A stretch of 64,000 nucleotides of DNA, from the NCBI GenBank assembly GCA_038087875.1, contig CM075986.1, positions 17,608,001-17,672,000 of the forward strand, read 5' to 3'. Source of the stretch: Malacoraja senta. Lineage: Eukaryota. Made by a program: the position numbers and the translations under genes. Numbering within the stretch: position 1 is the first letter of the stretch; each line of letters begins with the position of its first letter. Below the pieces are notes generated by a model. It searched no databases. It saw only the letters and a list, made by a program, of their open reading frames with translations, and was not told the origin of the DNA. Positions 28,092 through 41,164 of this stretch are shown one piece after another.

Positions 28092-28585
28092 TGTCGTGGT
28101 TTTAAGACTCAACGTTTGGATAAGATGACACAGACACGGAGAATTCTTCAAAAAGACGAAAGCCTTTATTTGCAAATATTCAGCTGAAACATTCAGAGAC
28201 GGTGCTCTCTGATCCACCGAAACAAGCAGCTTTTTATTGCACTCTTTCGGCCTTATCTCTGCTACATTATCTTTCATGCTGTACTCCTTTTACATCAATC
28301 TTCAATTCTAATATTCTCTGTCTTGCCACCATTACGTTTCCGACCTTGGTTCAGTTTTTACATTTCCTCTCTTATCTTTTCCTCTCTCGCCGCCCTGAAA
28401 TTCCAAACTATTGCTTTTAATTTCCCAGCTATGTTTCAGCTAAAGCCAAGGTTAGACGACACCATTTTGTACTGTTACACACACCATTTTACACTGTTAC
28501 ATATTAGCTTATGTTTAATACAAGGATATAAATGTAAAAATAAGTAACTTGTTTATAACTTAAAGTAACTTGTTTATAACTTCCA
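28092..28585 (-). repeat. ERV 3' LTR; polypurine tract GAGGAGGGAG at 28591-28600
   Basis: TG...CA ends; near-identical to 34858-35371; minus-strand AATAAA at 28165-28170. Confidence 0.95.
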
Positions 28586-29276
28586 TATAACTCCCTCCTC
28601 TGAGACTCCTCCGGGACTCCACCGATTCTCAAAAGACAAAGCAAACCACACACACATCCCCCAGGTCAAATTACCCATAGAGCCCTAAAATGCAGGGTCT
28701 TTTTAATTAAGTTTGCTTAATGCTGTGTAGTGTTCTTTCTCTGGCTCCCTGAGAAACTGGCCAAAAACCCACCCCCATGACGTGAGGCAGGAAAAAAGGA
28801 TCCAGTTCCCCTTACAGACTTCGTTTAACATTTTCCTGACACTTCTTCTCCATCGTAGTAGTGTTCTATCACCGAGATCCACTTCCCTTGAGGGCCTGAT
28901 TCGTCTTCACCCGTTATCATTGGCAGTTGCTTCACAGTAGCTTTCACCAGTGGAGACTTAATACAGGGGACAACACAGCACAACATGATTGCGACTGCAA
29001 ATAGTACGACCCTAATTGTCAAACCAATTTTAATCAGCCATGCTCCCCAAACCCCCCAACATGCTGTCCAGCCACCCAAACAATTGATGTCTGAACCCTA
29101 CGTTTCTATTAACCTCACTCCTTATCCATGGCTTTAATGAAAGACACCTCCAGGCTAGTATTATTACATATGAAGGTGAAGCATTGTTCCCCAAACAAGA
29201 CACATACACCCCTTATTCTGACCTTATTTACACCAGTCTCATAGTCACTAATGTCTCCAAAACACTCACGTTATCT

Positions 29277-30570
29277 TAACCATATAACAATTACAGCAAT
29301 GAAACAGGCCATCTCGGCCCTTCTAATCCGCCGAACACTTACTCTCACCTAGTCCCATCTACCTGCACTCAGACCATAACCCTCCATTCCTTTCCCGTCC
29401 ATATACCTATCCAATTTATTTTAAATGATAAAATCGAACCTGCCTCCACCACTTCCACTGGAAGCTCATTCCACACAGCTACCACTCTCTGAGTAAAGAA
29501 GTTTCCCCTCATGTTACCCCTAAACTTCTGTCCCTTAATTCTCAAATCATGTCCTCTTGTTTGAATCTTCCCTACTCTCAATTAAAAAAAGCTTATCCAC
29601 GTCAACTCTGTCTATCCCTCTCATCATAACCTTCTGCGCTCCAAACAATAAATACCTAACTTGTTCAACCTTTCTCTGTAACTTAGTTGCTGAAACCCAG
29701 GCAACATTCTAGTAAATCTCCTCTGTACTCTCTCTATTTTGTTGACATCTTTCCTATAATTTGAAGACCAAAATTGTACACCATACTTCATAATTGGGCC
29801 CACCAATGCCTTGTACAATTACAGCACACCAAAAGCTTTCTTTACCACCTTATCTACATGAGATTCCACCTTCAGGGAACTATGCACAGTTATTCCTAGA
29901 TCCCTCTGTTCAACTTCATTCCTCAATTCGCTACCATTTACCATGTACGTCCTATTTTGATTTGTCCGGCAAGATGTACCACCTCACACTTATCAGCATT
30001 AAACTCCATCTGCCATCTTTCAGCCCACTCTTCCAAATGGCCTAAATCTCTCTGTAGATTTAAAAATCTACTTCATTATCCACAACACCACCTATCTTAG
30101 TATCATCTGCATACTTACTAATCCAATTTACCACACCATCATCCAGATCATTGATGTATATGACAAACAACAGTGGACCCAACACAGATCCCTGAGGCAC
30201 CCCACTAGTCACTGGCCTCCAACCTGACAAACAGCCATCCACCATTACTCTCTGGCATCTCCCATTCAGCCACTGTTGAATCCATCTTGCTACTCCACCA
30301 TTAATACCCAACAATTGAACCTTCTTAACCAACCTTCCATGTGGAACCTTGTCAAAGGCCTTACTGAAGTCCATATAGACAACATCCACCGCTTTACCCT
30401 CATCAATTTCCCTAGTAACCTCTTCAAAAAATTCAAGAAGATTAGTCAAACATGACCTTCCAGGCACAAATCCATGTTGACTGTTCCTAATCAGACCCTG
30501 TTTCCAGATGCTTATATATATTATCTTTAAGTATCCTTTCCATTAATTTGCTCACCACTGATGTCAAACA
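29277..30570 (-). mobile_element. 5'-truncated CR1/HER1 LINE inserted in the ERV
   Basis: RT motifs [24 protein letters not shown] and KYADDTK; C-terminal TRGH..FFTQRVV..WNELP; CR1 3'UTR. Confidence 0.95.
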
Positions 30571-33500
30571 ACGTTCTTGTTAGAACTCTGCTCTTCCCTC
30601 ACTTCTTTGTCCTCCTGTTCACTTACCTCAGGACTATTATCTAGTCGTACCTGCGGGACAGCCCTCATGTAAGGATTGAAATGGTACCAGGTAGATCAAC
30701 CTTCTACCTGAACTGCGGTGGGTGGTTCGGAAAGCTCATACATACACCTTGTCTCCAGGTTTAAAGGGTCCTTCCTCCTGGTCCCCTTCCAACTGCTTTC
30801 ACTTTATCTGTGCATAAATAGACTTGTATATCATAATTAACTGTTGCATATACTTCTTAACTTCTACTTCTAACTGTTCCAAACTCGGTCCCTTGTAGGG
30901 ACTTCTCCATTGTGCCACCTGCATAGGTCGGCCAGTAAGCATCTCATGTGGTGTTATGTGCGTTATTCGGTTAGTTTACATGCAACATCTCTTCAGTGCC
31001 GATGGCAGGGCATTGATCCAATTCAACTTTGTAGTTACACAAATCTTATTTATATTACCCTTCAATGTTCCATTTGTTCTTTCCACCATGCCCTGTGACT
31101 GCAGGTGTTACACACCCAAATCTGTGTTTTACTCCAAGGGCCTGTAGCACCAGCTTGACTACTCTCTGAATGAAAACAATCCGTTGTCAAAGCTGATTTC
31201 AGTAGGTCTACCAAACCTCTTGATTACCTCATTCATCAGAAACTTTACTACAGTCCTTGCACCTAAATCAATCCAAGCTTACCCTATATGTAATAACAGC
31301 TGATCATCCTCCAGATGCTGTTCTGGCTGCTTCGTCTGCACTTTGATTTCCCTTCTTATGTGCTTGGCATTTAATGACAGCTAGTGCCCCTGACTTCATT
31401 ATTGCCCTTATCAGGTCTGTACTTTACTGCTAACTTTTCATGGGTTCTCCGTTGCTTTTCTCAAAGCCTTTCTGTTTCCCTACTGCTCCAAACACGTGAC
31501 AGACCCCATGAACACATGCTTAGTCGGTATAAACTTCATCTTTCTCACCTTCCCTCATGTCACATGCTGCTTTTAAAGTCTTAATTTCTGCCAACTGAGC
31601 TAAGCAAGATTGCAGGCTTCCAATTTAATTACCTTAAAGTCTAATCCATCCTGATGCACCACTTCAAACCCTGCATACTTGCTATTATGATCCCTTTAAC
31701 AAGAAACATCCACAAGCAAAACCTTATTGTCCCCTTCATTCAAAGGCTCTGACTGTAAAACATTTCTCCGACTTGTGTGTCCTTCTTCTTTCATTATTTT
31801 CCTTAATGACATCACAATTTCAACATACTTTCCAATCTAGTCTGAACTATATCCTTCAATAAACTTCAATTATTTCTTCAATTTGATCCTGCGCTATAGC
31901 TTTAACTTCTTTAGATATTACTCGTCCTGAATATTCTACCTGCTGCTGACAAAACAGTAACTTCTTCCTGGATACTTTATGACCTCCTATGCCATCTTTT
32001 CCAAGAGAATTAAAATGTCTCTCTCACATTGCTTCTCACTTGTGGAACAAACCAACAAACCATCCACATACTGTATCAAATACCTTTTAAGGGTACACCT
32101 TCCAAATCTGCCTTTAACATCTGATTAAAAACATGGGACTAGTATTTAAAACCCTGCCACATCCTAGCCTAGGTGTATTTAATACCTCTTCTTAATGTTC
32201 TTACCATAGCTATGTTCACCACTATCTTAATATAATTATTATTATTTCCTGATTACCATACCTGTTCACATCCCCAACACACCTTATCCATTACCTGTCT
32301 TCTTACTAGCCTTTCTTGACCTCCTCCTTGAGATCCCTCCCTCCCTTGGGGACCCCAGTCCTGTCTGGGCTTATATCCAGATTTATTTCACTCCTGATAG
32401 GGCATTTGAGGAAACGCTCCCCCAAAGACATTTATTATTGGCATGGAATTCTCTGGCCCCTGTTTGGCTCTGTCATAGGACTCACTGTGTGTTGGTGCTT
32501 CACCTATTTCAGTCTTTTCAACCAGGTCTGTTGTTATTGACAACATTGTATTTCTTTTTTTCACGCTCTTTCTTTTTGAGCTCTTCAAGTTACATTTGCA
32601 TCATTTTTCTCTGCACCTCTTCCTGCTGGTCTGCAAGTCTTTTTCCTATCTTTGCGATATTTCTCGATCTCATTGACCAAATGATCGCTGAATCGGGGGT
32701 GGGAAATAGATGACAATCCCACCACCACTGTGGTGGAATGACATCCACCACAGTGGTTCAGAATGTAGTGTTCATTAACTGGTTGCATTCAATTTCTTGT
32801 TCAGTTTCAAGTCTCCACCTATTCAGCTGGTTCTCCAGATAGGCTGCTGGATTATTTGCCTCTCCCAGTGGATTTTGGGTCCACCTTAAGTGGGTAACAT
32901 TGTCTGAGGGCCTGCCATACCCTCTGCCTGACTGTGTCAAACAGCATGCCATTGTTTATTGCATTATTCACAGCATTTTTATACCAGCCATCTTCAGTAG
33001 TTCTGTCAGTTTAGTGGTTCCTATCACTTTCACCAACAGTGCCTTCAAATCTCCCATAGCCAATAATCGTCCCATGTTCTCCTCCAAAGCCCTAATCCAT
33101 TTCCTGCCCCATCAGGAATATTGGGTAAGGTATTTTTTAGCCCCCTCAGTTTATGGGTGCCCCAAAGGATAATCTGTGTCTGTCCTGCTCTTTTCTTTTT
33201 AAAGCAGTCTCATCAATTTATCCCTCTGCTTCCACTTTAATCCTTTCTGGTATGCCTTCTTTCTTATTCTAAACTCAATTTCTTGCTTCTCAGATATTCT
33301 AGCTTCTTTGCAAATGCATTCACCTTTCTTTTAAAATATTCCACTGACTCCTCCTGATTTATTACTTTCACACCTGTCGTTTCCTACTTCTGTTACCTCC
33401 TCACTGCCTCTCTCTCCTTTCTTTCTAAACTGCCTAAATGCATCTAAAGCTGGTCATGTTTCAGCAATTAACTTATTTCCAATTATTTCAATCCATTCTC

Positions 33501-34835
33501 ACCACTATTTAAAATTTCCAATTCCTAGAACTAGTAACAATTTTCCAAATTAACTTTACTGAAAAGAAATCTAAAAGAAACAACAGAAATACCAAGCAAC
33601 CTACATTTTCCAACTTTCCCCTTTTAAGTTACGAGGATACAAAGTGTTAAACAAAGTGTTAAACGTTACCTTACAGCTGTTCGTAACCTCCCCCATTGCT
33701 TACAATCTCTTAAAGGATTTATCACATATATGAACTTCCTCATTCATTCAAAAACGTTTTTTACACACAAATCACATTCGTTCCATTCTTACTTCAAAGA
33801 AATTATGCAATTTTCTACAGATTATAGTTTATATAAACACATTAACATTTATATAATTCTTATCTTCCTTTTAAGTTAAAGTAGGATGGTCTAATCCCCT
33901 ATCAGTCAGGTACCTGAGCGCTGTGATTGGACATTGATTCAGATCGTGATTAGTCATACTCACCGTCACTCAACATCTGACCACACCCCACTAAGATCAC
34001 AACCAATCAAAATCCTAGTCACTCAACATCTGACCACACCCCACTCCCATTAATTTCCAGACAAAGAAAGCACATTTGGCCAGATAGAATGCTGAGAGTC
34101 CAAGCAGCAGAAAGAATGCAGCAAAGTTATCTCCACAAACAGTTAAGAAACTCAGTCCTTACACCTCCTCCGTCCTTGCAGTCACTATATTACCTTAATA
34201 TATTCTTATTGCTATATAACCTTACACTATTCTTATTGCTATTCTACAATATTTTATCACTGTGTACACCATTTCTGTTACCCACTTACCTTCAATTTGT
34301 ATTTTGCCCGTACAAACCCTTAGTCACCTAAGGTGGTATCCACAAAATACTTTATTCTGCCCGTACAAACCCCTGCCCTCAGGGTGGTATCCACAGAATG
34401 CCCGCCTCGTCCGTGCAACCCCCGACGTCTCAGGGTGGCATCCACAAGGTCTAATAAACTCTCACCTGCTTCGTCCGTGCAACCCCTGGCCTCCCAGGGT
34501 GGTATCCACGAAGTCTTAATAAACTCTTAATAATATCACACAATGCAATGCTGTACTTATCACAGATATTATTTACTCACCACACCGCAGCCTTCTCGGA
34601 CAATCCTCCGGGCCTCCTTTTTAGAACAATTTAGTGCCAGATTCTTGGGTCGGAGAGACCTTCTAACTACCTAAGCACTTCTGTGCCCCAATGGCTTCCC
34701 ATGTTCAACAGGTTATTAGTCCAAATGAAGCGGAAAACCGCATAAGTTTATAGGTGGCCACCCTTTTCCTGTTGTCCCTATGAGCCAAGAGGGGTTGGGA
34801 AGTGCCCTGGGCTGTTAATTAATGGTCTCTTACCG

Positions 34836-34853
34836 ACCTTGCTCGCAGCGCCA
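34836..34853 (-). other. ERV primer-binding site TGGCGCTGCGAGCAAGGT, probably tRNA-Ser
   Basis: Starts with TGG 4 nt after the LTR; resembles the complement of vertebrate tRNA-Ser(CGA/UGA) 3' ends as recalled. Confidence 0.75.
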
Positions 34854-34857
34854 ATTT

Positions 34858-35371
34858 TGTCGTGGTTTTAAGACTCAAAGTTTGGATAAGATGACACAGA
34901 CACGGAGAATTCTTCAAAAAGACGAAAGCCTTTATTTGCAAATATTCAGCTGAAACATTCAGAGACGGCACCACCTGCTCGTTCTCTAATTACTCTCTGA
35001 TCCACCGAAACAAGCAGCTTTTTATTGCACTCTTTCGGCCTTATCTCTGCTACATTATATTTCATGCTGTACTCCTTTTACATCAATCTTCAATTCTAAT
35101 ATTCTCTGTCTTGCCACCATTATGTTTCCGACCTTGGTTCAGTTTTTACATTTCCTCTCATCTTTTCCTCTCTTGCCGCCCTGAAATTCCAAACTATTGC
35201 TTTTAATTTCCCAGCTATGTTTCAGCTAAAGCCAAGGTTAGACGACACCATTTTGTACTGTTACACACACCATTTTACACTGTTACATATTAGCTTATGT
35301 TTAATACAAGGATATAAATGTAAAAATAAGTAACTTGTTTATAACTTAAAGTAACTTGTTTATAACTTCCA
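34858..35371 (-). repeat. ERV 5' LTR
   Basis: Direct repeat of 28092-28585, followed on the minus strand by AAAT and the PBS. Confidence 0.95.
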
Positions 35372-37047
35372 TAAGAGCAAGCAAGGTGTCATGGATGTAG
35401 ATGGGAAGGGGCTGGACTAGGGAGGACAAGGTGGATTTGAGGCATGTGGAGATAAATTCAGTTGGGTAAGAGCAGGCGGTTGGAATGGACCTACAGGGGC
35501 CGTCCTGCTTGTAAATCTTGAGAAGATGATAGAAATGGGCAGTGCAGGGTTGGGGAACTATCAGGTTGGATGCTGTGGTGGGGTGATCTCTTGAAGCAAT
35601 GAGATCTGTGATGGTCTGGGAGACAGTGGCCTGACGTTCATTGATGGGGTTCATGCTCATGGGTAGGCATGAGGGGGGTGTCAGAGAGATGCCGTCTGGC
35701 CTCCTCAAGATAGAGGTCAGTCTGCCAGACCACAATGGCATCATTCCTGTCTACGGGTATGATGACAGGTTGGGATTGAGAGTGGAGAGCTGCGTGTTTG
35801 GCAGCAGGGAGGGTTGGGCAGAGGCAGAGGTTGAGGTCGGAGTGAGGACGTATGCTTTGAGTTGAAGGAAGAACAAAGGGAATGCCGGCTTGAGAGGTGA
35901 GACCAAGTTTGGCCCTGTTTCCATCAATTAATGGAGACAGACCTGTGCCTGTAAATCATAGCAGAACGAAAAGTGTTTAAATGGTGAGAGACGAATCGGT
36001 GCCAGGGAGAAAACAAACGGTGGTGAAAATGTGAAATGCAGATTACAACATTTGCTGAAAATCTGAAATAAAACAGAATGCTGGAAATACGCAATAGATC
36101 ATAGAGCACCTGTGAAGAAATAACACCTGAGTTGATGTTAAAGATAAAAGACCTTATATGAGTGCTGGCTGCTTCTGACACGCTGAGTGACAGGACGTTT
36201 CCACTAGAGGGATAGTCTAGGACCTGAGGCCATTGCCTCAGAATAAAAGGACATGCTTTGAGAAAGGAGATGAGGAGGAAATTCTTTAGTCAAGAGTCAA
36301 GAGTGTTTTATTGTCATGTCCCAGATAGAACAATGAAATTCTTACTTGCTGCAGCACAACAGAATATGTAAACATAGAACATAAACAAGAGGAAAAAAAG
36401 TTCAGTTTGTGTATATATACACATACACACATACTCAAAAAACAATCTGTAGAATTCATTCATCCAGAAAGCTGTGGAGGTCAAGCCAATGGATATTTTT
36501 AAAGGTGGTGATTGATAGATTCTTGATTAGTATGGGTGTCAGGGGTTATGGGGAGAAGGCAGGAGAACGGGGTTGAGAGGGAAAGATGCACCAGCCATGA
36601 TTGAATGGTGGAGTAGACTTGATGGGCCAAATGCCTAAATCTGCTCCTATCACATTTGAACGTATGAACAAGAGAGAATGTGGACCTGAAACTGTTGAAA
36701 TCAACATCGACTCTACGAGGACGAGTGGCTGCTGCTGAGCTGAACTTCTACGGAGTTAACATTTCAGGTTAATGATTTTCCATCGGAAATCAGCCATGGA
36801 ATAATCTGATGCCAGATGGCACTCTGTGAGGAAGTCAACCTGATACATCTCATTCAGAAACCAACAATTAATACGATGAATAATTCCTGTACATAATTTA
36901 TGGCACTAATCAGGAGGGCATAGATCTTTGCCCAATTCCAGTCAATGAACGAACAGATGACAATATAAAGTTGTTTAACAGGTGCCAAGAATACTTACTG
37001 AGTACACAGCAGGTTCCGGAGTTTAATACTTTATATTGGTCATCAAC

Positions 37048-37357
37048 TGGTAGAGCTACTGCCTCACAGTGTGAAAGACCCAGGTTTGATCTTGACCTCG
37101 GTTGCTGCCTGTGTGGAGTTTGCACTTTTTTCCTGTGACCACGTGGGTTTTCTCCGGGTACCGCCCACATCCTAAAGAAGTGCAGTTTGTAGGTTAATTG
37201 GGCCTCTGTAAATTGCCACGTGTGTAGGGAGTGGATGCGGAAGAGGGATAACATAGAACTAGTGTGAAAGGATCATCGATGATTGGCTTGGACTCAGTGG
37301 GCCGAAGGGCCTGTTTACATGCTATATCTGTCAACTAAACTAAAACCAAACTAAACT
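37048..37357 (+). mobile_element. V-SINE (HE1-like)
   Basis: tRNA-like head, GTGGAGTTTGCAC V-domain, GGGCCGAAGGGCCTGTT tail, (AAACT)n. Confidence 0.8.
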
Positions 37358-38899
37358 AATCTCCCCTTCCACTCTTTCAAATTAGAGGAAGGGTCTCAAC
37401 TCAAAGAAATGCTCTCTATTTCCCTCCTCAGATGCTGCCTGCATCGATGAGTTCCTCCAGCAGTTTGCCTTCTTCACTGGAAGGACTGCAGTAGTTCAAG
37501 AAGGCAGCTTACCACCAGTTTCTCAATGTGCAATAAATGCAGGGCTTGACAGCAACACCCAGATCCTGAAAAAGAATTTGAAAAATAGCAGGGATTGTGG
37601 AGATGGTTAGTCTCAGCTGAGGCCATGGTAGGGATATTAAAGTTCATCATAATATTTTGTGATCTATATTTATGAAAGGACTACTGATCGGTAATGTGGT
37701 TTGGCATTCTCTTTGTATCGACAAGGCCAGCATTTACTGCTTGCCTGTATTTGCCCTTGGGAAGTGGTGCACTGAGTCACCTTCATGCACTGCTAATGTT
37801 TGGCCATTGGAGACATTCCCACAATGGCCCCGCGTAGGGAAATCCAGGAACTCGAGTAACGTCATCAAGATGTTCAAATGAAACTGGAGTACACGCTGCA
37901 TGAGATAAAAGCTCCACGGAAGGATCTGTGGAGGAAATTAGTAGCTTCAGTTGATTGTCTTCAGTAATTACCTTCCTCCATCCTGCAGGCTGACGATGAG
38001 TGAACAACAGCCAGTATGTGCAACGTCAATGTATTTATTCAGGGATTCTACATCGACTCATGCTGTGAAATCAACACCGGACTTCTCCACCCCCATGTCC
38101 AAAATGCTCTAACCATAGTGGGATTATGAACTCTGCTGCTGAGTGATTACTTTAAATAATCGCTTTCCATCCAGTGTCCAGTATCCATTTCATTCAGACA
38201 AGAGTAACATTGGCATTGGTTTATCATTGTCACGTCTTTTTTCATTGTATCTTGTCACGGTACTTTGACAATTATTAATGTCATGGTACATGTGACAATA
38301 ATAGTAAGGTACACGGATAAAGAATGATTAATATAAAACTCATTTGATCATGTTCTCCAGGCTTTAACTCACTGTCTGTCTCCAGCTGCAGCTTCTGTCG
38401 GCAAATGATTGCAGACTCTTGCAAACCCTTTGTTGTCCCGTGGTCAGTCTCTCTTCTGCAAAGGACGGCGACTGAACGCACTGTAATAACTCCCATATTA
38501 TAAGTAAATCCTGTATTTCCTGTGAAGTCATCTGGAAAACCTTAACCTAAGTGAATTAGTGTTTGCAATTATCCTGATGACACAAAACCACAGACACCAG
38601 GGCCCAGGCTGAACTGTAGGAAAGATTACTTGATGCTGACTTGGCAGAATGCAACATGTTTATATGCTATCTGTCGATTGTATTGGAAAACCAATTGTTG
38701 CATCTCTATGCTAGTATGGCATGATCTTGGAGACTGTAATGAAATCCTACTTACATGTGATGACTGAATACTCTATGCCTGGATAGGTCCATCTCCAATG
38801 ACTCTCAAGAAGCTCAATACCTTCCAGGAGAGAGCAGCCCCTTTGATTGGAAACCCATCAACCACCCAAAACGTTCATTCTGCACATTTTGTATTATTT

Positions 38900-39720
38900 T
38901 AGGTTTAGATTTAAGTTTATTATTGTCATGTGTACCAAGGTGCAGTGAAACGATTTGTTTTGCTTGATACCCAATCTAATCAGAAAAAGTGAAACATAAA
39001 TTCAATCAAGACAAACTCTAGGTAGAACAAAGGGGAAGATACAGAGTTCAGATTGTAGTTTGCAGCATTGTAGTGCAAGGAGTCCAACATCCGCAATGCG
39101 GTAGAGGTGAAATGGTCAGTACAATAGCTTATGGAAGGACCAGTCTTCCCCTTGATAACAGAGTGGAAGAAGCTATATCTGAGTCTAGTGGTGCACACTT
39201 TAAAGCTTCTGTATCTTCTGCCCAATAGGAGCAGGGAGAAAAGAGAATGATCGGGGCGAGACAAGACTAATAATTTTGGCAGCTTTTCCGAGACAGCATG
39301 AAGTGGAGGTGGAGTCAACGGCGGGGAGTCTGGTCCGTGTGATGGACTGGGCTATATTCATAACTCTGTAATTTCTTGTGATCTCGGGCAGAACTGTTCC
39401 TAAATCACCTGTTGTGGTGCAACCCAACAGTCTGAAGAAGGGTCTCGACCTGAAATGTCACCCATTCCTTCTCTCCAGAGATGCAGCCAGTCCCGTTGAG
39501 TTACTCCAGCTGTTTGTATCTGTATTCAGTTCAAACCAGCATCTGCAGTTCCTTCCTACACAGTATGGTTTCTATGGTGCATTTGTAGTTGTTTGTAAGA
39601 GTCATTGGAGACATGCCAAATTTTCTCAGCTTGTCTGAGGAAGTCGAGGTGTTGGTGTGTCTTCTTGGCTGTTGGTTCAAAATGTTTGATCTACAACAGA
39701 TCATTGGTAATATTTATGCC
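38900..39720 (-). mobile_element. Rex1-like LINE 3' remnant with a nested Penelope pLTR (39428-39561)
   Basis: Minus-strand peptide HSLFSLLLLGRRYRSFKVCTTRLRYSFF is typical of Rex1 C-termini; GACAATAATAAA tail. Confidence 0.65.
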
Positions 39721-39732
39721 AAGGAACTCGAA

Positions 39733-40035
39733 GTTTTAGTTTATTTGAGAGATACACCATGGAAACAGGCCCTTCAGTCCACTGAGTCCACATGCTCAGT
39801 AATCACCTGCTCACACTAATTCTATCCTACACACGAAGGACAATTTACAGAAACCAATTAACCTACAAACCTGCATGTCTTTGGAGTGTGGGAGGAAACC
39901 GGAGCACCCGGGGAAAACCCATGTGGTCACAGGGAGAACAAACAAACTCCGTATAGACAGCATCCGTGGTCAGGATCGAACCCGGGTCTCTGGCCCAGTA
40001 AGACAGAAACTCTGCCGCTACGCCACAGTGCTGCC
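39733..40035 (-). mobile_element. V-SINE (HE1-like)
   Basis: Homologous to 2105-2397. Confidence 0.8.
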
Positions 40036-40628
40036 TGCCCAATGGTTCTCACAGTTGTGAGTGTAAATGTGCTTCTGAAATGGTGCGGGCCAGTTGCAGG
40101 CAAATAAGACTAGCTCGGTGAAACAACTTGGTCAGCATGGACGAGTTGGGCTGAAGGGTCTGTTTCCTTGCTGTATAACTGTATGATTGCAATTAACATT
40201 TTATGATGTGCTTCCTCAAGATTGAAGTTTTACTTCCTTATTCTTGACCGTTGTTCACGAAAGGTTGCATCAATGGAGCTGAAATGATCAGATATCGGGA
40301 GGCTCTTTGCCAAGGTTATTATCTCAACTAAATGAATAAAGTTGAATGAAAGGATTTCGAGAACTGGAACATGAATATCCAGGTGACACTTCATGGCATC
40401 CCAACTGTGATCCCTGGTCTCCTCATTGAAGGCCAGGACCTTGGAAGCAGTCCCGGGCAACATATCCAAATACTCTGGGAAATAGACTATGGCTATTAGT
40501 TACATGAAATCAGGAAAATTCTACTGTACTATGCTGATCTTTCTCCTTCAGTGCCTTACCTATCCTTCACTGCACAGGTTGTAGGTGGTTTTCCCCAGGT
40601 GTCAGATATCAGTGCTGTTCTCCATAAA

Positions 40629-41164
40629 TGGGGTTGACAACTGTCTCGTATTAGCCGGGACATCCCGTTTCTTGGGCTAAATTGGTTTGTCCCATACGGG
40701 ACCGCCCTTGTCCCATATTTGACTGCTACTACTCGGGTTGAGGAGGCTGTCAGGTCGGAGCGCTGTGTCCGGCCCCGCCTCACCCGTCCCGATGTTGTGC
40801 AGCCCATGAAGTGCAGCAGCAGCTCCTCGCCCGTGGCCCCGTCGGTCGGCAGCCCTGCCAGCTGTCCGACTTTCGGACGTTCGCTTACCACCAACACCGC
40901 CACCCCTCCTTCTCAAGGCCGGTCATCGGTTCATGAGTTGGATGGGGTTCTGGACTTTGCGCGCAACGTCGCGCACAAAGTCCGGCGCTCAGGCCAAAAC
41001 TCCTCAGCTGGCTTGCCGGCTGGGCTTTGTACGCAGTCCAGTACCCAGGCCAACTCATCATTCACCCAGCCACGGCCGAGTCGGTCAACGAATTGCCATT
41101 GGGAATTTGTCCCTTATTTTGACATTTTGTCCCTTATTTGGGATTGAGAAAGTTGGCAACACTA
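40629..41164. mobile_element. hAT-type MITE
   Basis: TIRs TGGGGTTGACAAC and GTTGGCAACACTA; 8-bp TSD TCCATAAA/TCCATAGA; subterminal TGTCCC repeats. Confidence 0.8.

Larger units (their letters stand above)
28092..35371 (-). mobile_element. Defective endogenous retrovirus (fish epsilon/class-I-like): LTR-gag-pol-env-LTR remnants
   Basis: Paired LTRs, PBS and PPT. Gag-like KWIRALEE..GRLLAMGDLKALL (about 33030-33110); RT QGFKY..HVFNQ..QYVD..GHKVSRKK (31900-32190); integrase [26 protein letters not shown] (30680-31260); env TM GVCVLFGEQCFTF plus membrane anchor (28825-29215). Confidence 0.93.
27740..35870 (-). mobile_element. Decayed Penelope RT fragment (about 35870-35374 plus 28087-27740) split by the ERV
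   Basis: Joined translation ...CSYPTEFIS...LPIYIHDTLLAL|HHFINFQFP...FTVDMQS...ELVLTSN...HFLQIKSVIMGTHMGP matches PLE RT motifs. Confidence 0.8.

Noticed and set aside
28825-29215. Domesticated syncytin-like env gene
   Set aside because: Only a broken TM remnant remains: CX6CC is mutated to CX6CF, there are frameshifts, and SU is missing.
30060-30467. Functional reverse transcriptase gene
   Set aside because: It is a 5'-truncated, frameshifted CR1 copy.
34306-34510. CRISPR-like repeat-spacer array
   Set aside because: Eukaryotic ERV leader; the units are degenerate, the spacers are related to each other, and no cas genes are present.
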